A DNA stretch of 64,000 nt. It comes from Escherichia phage AV111. Location of the stretch: sequence record OR352941.1; one strand, written 5' to 3'. Under the pieces are notes generated by a model that searched no databases, had not been told where the DNA came from, and saw only the letters and a list, made by a program, of their open reading frames with translations. A program made the translations under genes and the position numbers. Below, piece by piece: positions 55,921 to 64,000 of the stretch; position 1 is the stretch's first letter; every line of letters begins with the position of its first letter.

Positions 55921-57734
55921 TGAAACAAAATATTAAAATTGGGAACGTCGTTGATGACGGACAAGGCGATTACCTTCGTCGTGGTGGTGCAAAAATTAAT
56001 GAAAACTTTGATGAGTTGTATTATGAATTAGGCGATGGCGAAGTTCCATATTCCGCTGGTGCCTGGAAAACATACCATTCTTCAGATGGACTTAATTTAG
56101 CTGCTGAATGGGGTAAATCATACGCAATTGATACTTCAACAGGGCGTGTTTCTATAAATTTACCTAAAGGGACAGTGGAAGATTATAATAAAGTAATTAG
56201 AGCCCGTGATGTATTCGCCACATGGAATATTAACCCTGTAACATTAATTGCTGCCAGTGGTGATACTATTAAAGGTTCTTCTAGCCCAGTAGAAATCAAT
56301 GTGCAGTTTTCAGACTTAGAATTAGTTTACTGTTCTCCTGGGCGCTGGGAATACGTTAAAAATAAACAAATAGACAAAATTACTAGTTCTGATATTAGTA
56401 GTGTAGCTCGTAAAGAATTTTTAGTCGAAGTTCAAGGTCAAACTGATTTTCTTGATGTATTTGGGTCTGTTTCTTATAATGTGAATAATATCCGTGTAAA
56501 ACATCGTGGTAACGAATTATACTACGGTGATGCGTTCAGTGACAATAGTGACTTTGGTTCTCCAGGAGCTAATCCTGGAGAAATCGTTGCATTAGATGGT
56601 AAAAACATCCGTTTAAGACAACCATGTAATATTGGCGACACCGTACAAATTGAAACCTTTTTGGATGGGATTACACAATTACGCAGTTCTTATTCTCGCC
56701 GCCAAATACGTATTTTAGATTCGAAATTAACAACCCGTCCTTCCTTAGAAGGAAGTGTATATGTCGCGGATTTGTCAACTTTGAAATCTATTCCTTTTTC
56801 GGCATTTGGAGTTAATCCTTCAGAACCGGTCAATACTAATTCTTTAGAAGTTCGTTTTAACGGTATTCTTCAAGAATTAGCTGGTACTGTTGGTTTACCT
56901 ATGTTCAGATGTGAAGGCGCTGATGCAGAAACTTCTACCGAGTGTTCAGCTTTAGGTGGGACTTGGGTTACATCTAACACCGATTATTCTATTGAATATG
57001 ATGATAACGATGCAACTATTGCACGTGCTTTAGTCTTTGACCGTAAGTTTGAAGACCAAGACATTATTGATATTACATGGTTTAATAACGATTTAGGCAC
57101 TTTATTAAGTATCGATGACATTTTAGATACAACTGATGAAAGGTATGTCGCACAAGGTGCAACCGTAAATGTGACCGGCGATGTGGCTTTGACCGATTTC
57201 AATAATATCGGATGGCCTAATGTAGAATCTGTTCCGGCATATAGCAGGGAATTCTCATCTATTGCAAATATTTTTAACACTATTTACCCTGTCGGTACTA
57301 TTTACGAAAATGCAGTGAACCCTAATAACCCAGCCACGTATTTAGGATTTGGTTCTTGGAAATTATGGGGACAAGGAAAAGTATTAGTTGGATGGAACGA
57401 CGATATTAGCGATCCTAATTTTGCATTAAATAATAACGACCTTGATTCTAGCGGGAATCCTACACATACCGCCGGTGGAACAGTCGGAACAACGTCTAAC
57501 ACACTAACTAATTCTGATTTACCTCCTACTCAAACTGACGAGAAAGTTCTTATTTCCGATGAGAACGGTACAATTATTATTGGTGGCTGTCAATACGACC
57601 CTGATGCAGAAGGTCCTATATACACCAAATACCGTGAAGGCCACGCCACAACGAATAGTACACACGTACCGCCTCAAGCCGTAAATAATATTCAACCGTC
57701 AATTACCGTATACCGTTGGGTAAGGATTGCATAA
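55920..57734 (+). CDS. 10: gp10 baseplate wedge protein
   Basis: 604 aa (T4 602). Confidence 0.9.
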   Translation: MKQNIKIGNVVDDGQGDYLRRGGAKINENFDELYYELGDGEVPYSAGAWKTYHSSDGLNLAAEWGKSYAIDTSTGRVSINLPKGTVEDYNKVIRARDVFATWNINPVTLIAASGDTIKGSSSPVEINVQFSDLELVYCSPGRWEYVKNKQIDKITSSDISSVARKEFLVEVQGQTDFLDVFGSVSYNVNNIRVKHRGNELYYGDAFSDNSDFGSPGANPGEIVALDGKNIRLRQPCNIGDTVQIETFLDGITQLRSSYSRRQIRILDSKLTTRPSLEGSVYVADLSTLKSIPFSAFGVNPSEPVNTNSLEVRFNGILQELAGTVGLPMFRCEGADAETSTECSALGGTWVTSNTDYSIEYDDNDATIARALVFDRKFEDQDIIDITWFNNDLGTLLSIDDILDTTDERYVAQGATVNVTGDVALTDFNNIGWPNVESVPAYSREFSSIANIFNTIYPVGTIYENAVNPNNPATYLGFGSWKLWGQGKVLVGWNDDISDPNFALNNNDLDSSGNPTHTAGGTVGTTSNTLTNSDLPPTQTDEKVLISDENGTIIIGGCQYDPDAEGPIYTKYREGHATTNSTHVPPQAVNNIQPSITVYRWVRIA

Positions 57735-58393
57735 TGACCATACTTAATACTAAAGCGGGAGTAATATCCCGCGAAGCAGATTTTTTAGGATTTAGAAAAA
57801 ATCCTACTAAAATTGATATTTTAAACAACCAAGGCGTAGGTTCTGTAACCATTTCTCAATTGGCAAAAGGATTCTACGATGATAACGTAGAATCTGCAAT
57901 AAACGATGTTCATAATATTGCTAGAGCAGATGTAGGAACAGTTACAATTAACACCTCAGGTGTATCTCCTGAAGGAACTTCACAGGTAGATTATTGGTCC
58001 TTTAGTGGAAGTGTAACTGACCCTAGTTTGCCCGATGGAAGCCCTGTTATTGTAAAAGTTTACGGGCTTCCTGTTAATGCTACTGTAGGTATGACAGCCG
58101 ACGAATTTGTTGTACAATTACGTACTACTCTCCAGAATGCGATTTCAGACCAATTGGCTATTGCAGAGTATAAAGATGACCCTACTGTTGGGACTAAATT
58201 ACAAATAACATATTTAGATAACCAAAGACACGTACTCCCAACGTATTCCGCTTATGGTATCACGGTTTCTCAAGAAATAGTGTCTCAGGCTAAGTCTGGG
58301 TACGGCACTTGGAATTTACTAGGTGCGCAAACCCTTACTCTTGACAACCATACTTCACCTACAACCTTTTATTATTTTGTGAGAACCGCATGA
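57734..58393 (+). CDS. 11: gp11 baseplate wedge / short-fibre attachment
   Basis: Start [20 protein letters not shown] (ATG 57734, TAATG overlap with gp10); 219 aa as in T4. Confidence 0.9.
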   Translation: MTILNTKAGVISREADFLGFRKNPTKIDILNNQGVGSVTISQLAKGFYDDNVESAINDVHNIARADVGTVTINTSGVSPEGTSQVDYWSFSGSVTDPSLPDGSPVIVKVYGLPVNATVGMTADEFVVQLRTTLQNAISDQLAIAEYKDDPTVGTKLQITYLDNQRHVLPTYSAYGITVSQEIVSQAKSGYGTWNLLGAQTLTLDNHTSPTTFYYFVRTA

Positions 58394-59940
58394 GTAACAA
58401 TACATATCAACACGTTTCGAACGAATCTGTATATGTTGAATTTGACCCTACTGGGTCAAATTTTGATAGTTCAATAACCAATGTCCAGACGGCCTTAGCC
58501 TCAATTAGCGCATATGGTGTTAAAGGTGTTCCGGACGCAAGTGAAACAGAAAAAGGTGTAATTCAATTAGCGACGGAACAAGAAGTTCTTGACGGTTTTA
58601 ATAGTACTAAGGCCGTTACACCTGCCACATTAAATGCAAGACTTCAGTATCCGAATGCATCAGAAACACAATACGGCGTAACTAAATATGCAACACAAGA
58701 GGAGGCCATTGCTGGCACTTTAGACACTGTTTCTATTACTCCGCTTAAATTAAACCAAACTATTGATAACACGTTCTCTACTCGTTATTCAACAGAAACA
58801 ACTAACGGTGTTATTAAAATTGCATCTCAAACCGCTGCACTTGCCGGGTCTGATGACACCACGGCAATGACTCCGCTTAAAACGCAACAATTAGCAATAA
58901 AATTAATTTCTCAAATAGCTCCTAATAACGACCCGGCTTCAGAATCTATTACCGGTGTTGTGCGTTTAGCTACGGTGGCTCAAACACGTCAAGGAACTCT
59001 TCGCGAAGGATATTCAATTTCCCCGTATACCTTTATGAATTCTGTTGCAACACAAGAATATAAAGGTGTTATACGTCTAGGAACACAAGCGGAAATTAAT
59101 AGTAATTTGGGAGATGTTGCTGTAACAGGTGAAACGCTAAATGGTAGAGGAGCTACCGGTTCTATGCGTGGAGTCGTAAAATTAACGACGCAGGCCGGTG
59201 TTGCACCAGAAGGCGATGGCTCTGGAGCATTAGCATGGAACGCAGATGTAATTAATACACGCGGTGGGCAAACTATTAATGGTTCTTTAAATTTAGATCA
59301 CCTCACAGCAAATGGAATTTGGTCGCGTGGCGGAATGTGGAAAAATGGTGACCAGCCAGTTGCAACAGAGAGATATGCATCTGAACGTGTTCCTGTTGGA
59401 ACAATTCAAATGTTCGCAGGTGATAGCGCTCCTCCAGGTTGGGTTTTATGTCATGGTGGGACCGTTTCTGGAGACCAATTTCCGGACTATCGAAATGTGG
59501 TTGGAACGAGATTTGGCGGTGATTGGAATAATCCTGGAATTCCAGACATGCGCGGTCTTTTTGTTAGAGGAGCTGGTACTGGCAGTCATATTTTAAATAA
59601 TCGTGGCCAAGACGGCTATGGAAAGGATAGATTAGGTGTAGGATGTGACGGCATGCATGTTGGCGGTGTCCAAGCACAGCAAATGTCATATCATAAACAC
59701 GCTGGTGGATGGGGTGAATATCAACGTCATGAGGCACCATTCGGAGCATCCGTATATCAAGGTTATTTGGGTACTAGAAAATATTCCGACTGGGACAATG
59801 CTTCATACTTCACCAATGATGGATTTGAATTAGGTGGACCGAGAGATGCCCTTGGTACACTTAATCGTGAAGGACTTATCGGATATGAGACTCGTCCATG
59901 GAATATATCTTTAAATTATATTATTAAAGTCCATTACTAA
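58390..59940 (+). CDS. 12: gp12 short tail fibre
   Basis: 516 aa; position and collagen-like/beta-helix repeats; C-terminal receptor domain. Confidence 0.85.
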   Translation: MSNNTYQHVSNESVYVEFDPTGSNFDSSITNVQTALASISAYGVKGVPDASETEKGVIQLATEQEVLDGFNSTKAVTPATLNARLQYPNASETQYGVTKYATQEEAIAGTLDTVSITPLKLNQTIDNTFSTRYSTETTNGVIKIASQTAALAGSDDTTAMTPLKTQQLAIKLISQIAPNNDPASESITGVVRLATVAQTRQGTLREGYSISPYTFMNSVATQEYKGVIRLGTQAEINSNLGDVAVTGETLNGRGATGSMRGVVKLTTQAGVAPEGDGSGALAWNADVINTRGGQTINGSLNLDHLTANGIWSRGGMWKNGDQPVATERYASERVPVGTIQMFAGDSAPPGWVLCHGGTVSGDQFPDYRNVVGTRFGGDWNNPGIPDMRGLFVRGAGTGSHILNNRGQDGYGKDRLGVGCDGMHVGGVQAQQMSYHKHAGGWGEYQRHEAPFGASVYQGYLGTRKYSDWDNASYFTNDGFELGGPRDALGTLNREGLIGYETRPWNISLNYIIKVHY

Positions 59941-59949
59941 GGGTAAAAA

Positions 59950-61392
59950 ATGATCGAATTAAAAAGTCTACCATATGTTGATGGCCCTCCTGACGAGGGT
60001 CAAAAACGTTTAAACTGGATTAAAAATTCAGAAGAAATAACTGGTGCTGACACGTTATATGGTTCTGAAGGAGTAATGAACCGTCCAATAACAGAAGTTC
60101 AACGAAATGTGGAAACAATTAACGATAACGTTAAGACTATCGCAGAATCTTTAGATACCGCTAATGCCGATATTGCCACAATTAAAGGTATCTTGGATGT
60201 TTCTGGTGACGTAGATGCTTTAGCACAAATTGGACATAACACTGATGATATTGAAGTATTAAAACATACTGTAAATTCACACGGTGTTGATATTTTAAAC
60301 ACTGAAGAAAAACTAGATGATACTATTGCTAATATCGGAGTAGTTAATCCAGAAACAGATTCGGTGTATCGTACGGTGCGTAACGACCTTCTTTGGATTA
60401 AAACCGAATTAGGGCAATATACTGGACAAGATATTAATGGAGTCCCGACCGAAGGTAATGAAAGCACCGGGATGAAACGACGTATTATTACTAACAGCTC
60501 AGTGTTGGTTGACCAAGGCGTTCGTTTAACCGAGTTGGAAAATAAATTTGCCGATTCTGATGTTGGGGCTCTGACAACTGAAGTTGAAAACCTCCGCCAA
60601 GAAATGGGTCCTAGACCATCGTTAACAGTACCGGTTTACACTCGTTTATCTGGTATTGATTCATCCATTTCTATCCAAACCAGAGATATTGCGGCATTAA
60701 AAGATTTTGTTGGATATCCTAATTCAACCGCTATTAAAACTCAAGTCGAGGCCAATCGTCTTTCTATATCAACAATAAATTCAGACATTAACTCGCCTGG
60801 TGGTATTAAACCACGTTTGACAACGTTAGAAACTACTATAGGCTCTCCAGATTTACCGACTACTCTTCAGGGTAAGATCAAATTAAATACCGATTCCATT
60901 TCAGGTATTAACACAGTTTTAGGTGTTGATTCTTCTAGTGGTTTACGTTTTAACGTAGCATGGCTTAATCAGGTGGTTGGCGTTGATTCAAATGGTGGAC
61001 AACCTGAACCGGCTGGTTCACTTTTATATAGGACTCGTATTCTTGAAACTGGTGTTATTGACCTAGGCAATAACATTCAAAACGTTCAAACCGAATTGGG
61101 AACTAATTCGTCCGGTATTAAAGGACAAGTGACTAGTTTAAATAAACTTATAAGCGGCACTAACCCAAACGGTCAAACCATAGAAGAACGTGGTATATTG
61201 CCAACAGTTAAAAACCATGACACGACAATTACGGATTTAACTACGCGTGTTACCACTTTAGAAACAGACCTTGCTGCAGCAGAAGCAGAAATTCAAGCCC
61301 TTAAAGAGGCCGGATATATCGAAGACGCTCCTTCAGACGGTAAATTCTATGTTCGTAAAGATGGTGCTTGGGTTGAACTTCCTACAGCTTAA
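59950..61392 (+). CDS. wac: fibritin (whisker antigen control)
   Basis: 480 aa segmented coiled coil; C-terminal foldon-like GYIEDAPSDGKFYVRKDGAWVELPTA. Confidence 0.9.
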   Translation: MIELKSLPYVDGPPDEGQKRLNWIKNSEEITGADTLYGSEGVMNRPITEVQRNVETINDNVKTIAESLDTANADIATIKGILDVSGDVDALAQIGHNTDDIEVLKHTVNSHGVDILNTEEKLDDTIANIGVVNPETDSVYRTVRNDLLWIKTELGQYTGQDINGVPTEGNESTGMKRRIITNSSVLVDQGVRLTELENKFADSDVGALTTEVENLRQEMGPRPSLTVPVYTRLSGIDSSISIQTRDIAALKDFVGYPNSTAIKTQVEANRLSISTINSDINSPGGIKPRLTTLETTIGSPDLPTTLQGKIKLNTDSISGINTVLGVDSSSGLRFNVAWLNQVVGVDSNGGQPEPAGSLLYRTRILETGVIDLGNNIQNVQTELGTNSSGIKGQVTSLNKLISGTNPNGQTIEERGILPTVKNHDTTITDLTTRVTTLETDLAAAEAEIQALKEAGYIEDAPSDGKFYVRKDGAWVELPTA

Positions 61393-61398
61393 TGAAAA

Positions 61399-61412
61399 GG
61401 GCCTTCGGGCCC
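61399..61412 (+). other. GC-rich UUCG stem-loop between wac and gene 13
   Basis: GGGCC-UUCG-GGCCC immediately before the gene 13 SD. Confidence 0.35.
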
Positions 61413-61424
61413 TAAAGGATTTAT

Positions 61425-62351
61425 ATGTCAGGTTATAATGCACAAAACCCTAAAGAATTAAAGGATGTAATATTACGTCGTTTAGGCGCTCCTATTGTAA
61501 ATGTTGAATTAACTGCAGACCAAATTTATGATTGTATTTCACGAGCGTTAGAACTTTATGGCGAATACCATTTTGACGGGTTGAATAAAGGTTTCCACGT
61601 ATTTTTTGTTGATGACGAAGAAAAATACCGTCACGGCGTATTTGATATGCGTGGTTCTAACGTATTTGCTGTAACAAGAATTATAAGAACAAACGTTGGC
61701 TCTATTACTTCAATGGATGGTAATGCAACTTATCCATGGTTCACTGATTTCCTTTTAGGAATGGCCGGTGTTTCAGGTGGTATGGGTAGTAATTGTGGTA
61801 AATTCTACGGTCCGAACGCTTTTGGCGCTGATCTCGGGTATTATTCTCAATTAGTATCTTATATGGGTATGCTTCAAGATATGATTGCTCCTCTTCCAGA
61901 TTTTTGGTTTAACTCTGCAAACGAGCAATTAAAAGTAATGGGTAACTTTAGACAGAAAGATGTCATTATCGTTGAATCGTATGTTCGCTCTTATATCGAG
62001 ACCCATAAGATGGTAGGAAATACAATAGGTTACGGACAGGTCGGTCCTCGTGATTCATGGTCTATTTCTGAGCGGTATGACAACCCGGACCATAATTTGG
62101 TCGGACGACGAGTTGGTGAAGATCCTGCAACCAAACAAGGCGCATATAACAACCGCTGGGTTAAAGATTATGCAACTGCATTAGCTAAAGAGCTTAATGG
62201 ACAAATTCTTGCTAAACATCAAGGTATGATGTTACCTGGTGGTGTCACTGTTGACGGTGTTCGATTAATTGAAGAAGCCCGTTTAGAGAAAGAAGCTTTA
62301 CGAGAAGAGTTATATTTACTAGACCCTCCTGCAGGTATTTTGGTAGGTTAA
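61425..62351 (+). CDS. 13: gp13 neck protein
   Basis: 308 aa (T4 309), position after wac. Confidence 0.85.
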   Translation: MSGYNAQNPKELKDVILRRLGAPIVNVELTADQIYDCISRALELYGEYHFDGLNKGFHVFFVDDEEKYRHGVFDMRGSNVFAVTRIIRTNVGSITSMDGNATYPWFTDFLLGMAGVSGGMGSNCGKFYGPNAFGADLGYYSQLVSYMGMLQDMIAPLPDFWFNSANEQLKVMGNFRQKDVIIVESYVRSYIETHKMVGNTIGYGQVGPRDSWSISERYDNPDHNLVGRRVGEDPATKQGAYNNRWVKDYATALAKELNGQILAKHQGMMLPGGVTVDGVRLIEEARLEKEALREELYLLDPPAGILVG

Positions 62352-62352
62352 T

Positions 62353-63117
62353 ATGGCAACTTATGATAAAAATCTTTTCGCCAAACTAGAAAATCGCGGT
62401 GGGTATTCTCAGACAAATGAGACCGAAATCCTCAATCCATTTGTCAATTTTAATAACTATGAGAATAGTCAGACATTAGCCGATGTTCTAGTGGCAGAAA
62501 GCATACAAATGCGCGGTATTGAGTGTTTTTATGTTCCACGTGAATATGTTGCCGTGGACCTTATCTTTGGTGAAGACCTTAAAAATAAATTTACTAAAGC
62601 ATGGAAATTTGCTGCATATCTGAACTCTTTTGAAGGTTATGAAGGAGCGAAATCGTTCTTCAGCAACTTCGGAATGCAAGTTCAAGACGAAGTTACATTA
62701 TCTATTAACCCGGGTCTTTTCAAACACCAGGTCAACAATCAGGAGCCTAAGGAAGGTGATTTAATATACTTCCCAATGGACAACAGTTTGTTTGAGATTA
62801 ACTGGGTTGAACCATATGACCCATTCTATCAAGTAGGTAAAAATGCGATTCGTAAAATTACTGCAGGCAAGTTTATTTACTCTGGCGAAGAAATCAATCC
62901 GGTGCTTCAGAAAAATGAAGGTATCAATATACCTGAATTTAGTGACTTGGAACTTAACCCTGTTAGAAATCTTGACGGTATCCATGACATTAATATCGAT
63001 GAATATTCTGAAGTTGAGCAAATCAATTCAGAGGCAAGTGAATACGTTGAACCGTACGTAGTAGTTAACAACCGTGGTAGACAAAATTCACCATTTGACG
63101 ATGGGTTTATGAATTAA
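62353..63117 (+). CDS. 14: gp14 neck protein
   Basis: 254 aa (T4 256). Confidence 0.85.
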   Translation: MATYDKNLFAKLENRGGYSQTNETEILNPFVNFNNYENSQTLADVLVAESIQMRGIECFYVPREYVAVDLIFGEDLKNKFTKAWKFAAYLNSFEGYEGAKSFFSNFGMQVQDEVTLSINPGLFKHQVNNQEPKEGDLIYFPMDNSLFEINWVEPYDPFYQVGKNAIRKITAGKFIYSGEEINPVLQKNEGINIPEFSDLELNPVRNLDGIHDINIDEYSEVEQINSEASEYVEPYVVVNNRGRQNSPFDDGFMN

Positions 63118-63169
63118 TAAATAAATAAGATAAAGCAAACACCGGTCGAAAGGCCGGTTAGGAGAAATG

Positions 63170-63991
63170 ATGTTTGGCTATTTTTACAACTCGTCGTTCA
63201 GGCGATATATCACAATGATGGGCGATTTGTTTTCAAATATCCAAGTTAACCGTCAATTGTCTACAGGCAATAAATTAATTAGAGTTCCTATTACTTATGC
63301 ATCTAAAGAGCACTTTATGATGAAACTTAATAAATGGACCTCTATAAACTCACAAGAAGATGTGGCTAAAGTCGAAACTATTCTACCACGTATAAATCTC
63401 CAAATGGTAGATTTCGTTTATAACCCAACGTTTAAAACGAATATATTGAATAACTCTCTTTTGAGTAAATCGACTAAGGATATTGTAGACCAATACAACC
63501 CATCACCAATTAAAATGATTTTTGAACTGAGCATCTTTACTCGTTATGAAGATGATATGTTCCAAATCGTTGAGCAAATTATTCCATATTTTCAGCCGCA
63601 TTTTAATACGACTATGATTGAGCAATATGGGCAGGATATTCCATTTGAAAGGGATATTAAAGTCGTATGGATGGCAGCAGCAATGGATGAACAAATAGAC
63701 GGTGATAATTTATCTCGTCGACGTTTAGAGTGGTCATTAACATTTGAAGTAAATGGATGGATGTATCCTCCGGTAGGCGCAGCCGAAGGCCTTATTAAAA
63801 CGACTTATCTTGATTTTCATGCTAATGAACGAGACCTTCAAACAGCCGCCAGTGTTTTTGAATCAGTTGATACAGAAATTAAACCGAGAGACGTTGAAGC
63901 ACAAGATTGGAATGGTGAAGTTGAACAAACCTATACTCATGATATTCCAATCCCGACTCCACCAACCCCTCCTGGTCCTAGAAAACAATAA
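63170..63991 (+). CDS. 15: gp15 tail sheath stabilizer / tail terminator
   Basis: Start at second ATG (MFGYFYNSSFRRY) as in T4 gp15; SD GGAGA. Confidence 0.9.
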   Translation: MFGYFYNSSFRRYITMMGDLFSNIQVNRQLSTGNKLIRVPITYASKEHFMMKLNKWTSINSQEDVAKVETILPRINLQMVDFVYNPTFKTNILNNSLLSKSTKDIVDQYNPSPIKMIFELSIFTRYEDDMFQIVEQIIPYFQPHFNTTMIEQYGQDIPFERDIKVVWMAAAMDEQIDGDNLSRRRLEWSLTFEVNGWMYPPVGAAEGLIKTTYLDFHANERDLQTAASVFESVDTEIKPRDVEAQDWNGEVEQTYTHDIPIPTPPTPPGPRKQ

Positions 63992-64000
63992 GAGGTAAAT

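Overview
The window reads as a contiguous segment of a T4-like (Tevenvirinae) myovirus genome; gene content and order match T4 from gene 46 to gene 15, but it is not T4 itself. Positions 1-45.7 kb are transcribed almost entirely on the minus strand: gp46/gp47 recombination nuclease, gp55 late sigma factor, anaerobic RNR nrdD/nrdG, endonuclease VII, nrdC, rI, tk, regB, denV, lysozyme e, nudE, a three-gene tRNA cluster, ipI, 57B (Acb1), 57A, gp1, gp3, gp2, gp4. Between these sit many small accessory ORFs, most fronted by a stereotyped GTTTACA-N17-TATAGT/TACTAT early promoter that often carries a short inverted repeat. Positions 45.8-64 kb are the plus-strand late baseplate/neck module (gp53, gp5, gp5.4 PAAR, gp6-gp12, wac, gp13-gp15) with TATAAATA late promoters. 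The most interesting material is in the accessory regions: five small proteins with an internal-protein-type capsid-targeting leader, a macro-domain protein, two nucleotidyltransferase-fold proteins (one beside a P-loop ATPase), three tandem paralogs ending in WVSSS..C, a set of membrane proteins sharing an ...FIKECR tail, three free-standing homing-endonuclease genes, and a structured RNA region with a tRNA-like arm next to the tRNAs. All calls rest on reading the sequence and recalled family knowledge; no database search was run. The ORF track uses TTG/GTG as well as ATG starts, so several N-termini were trimmed to an ATG with a Shine-Dalgarno.
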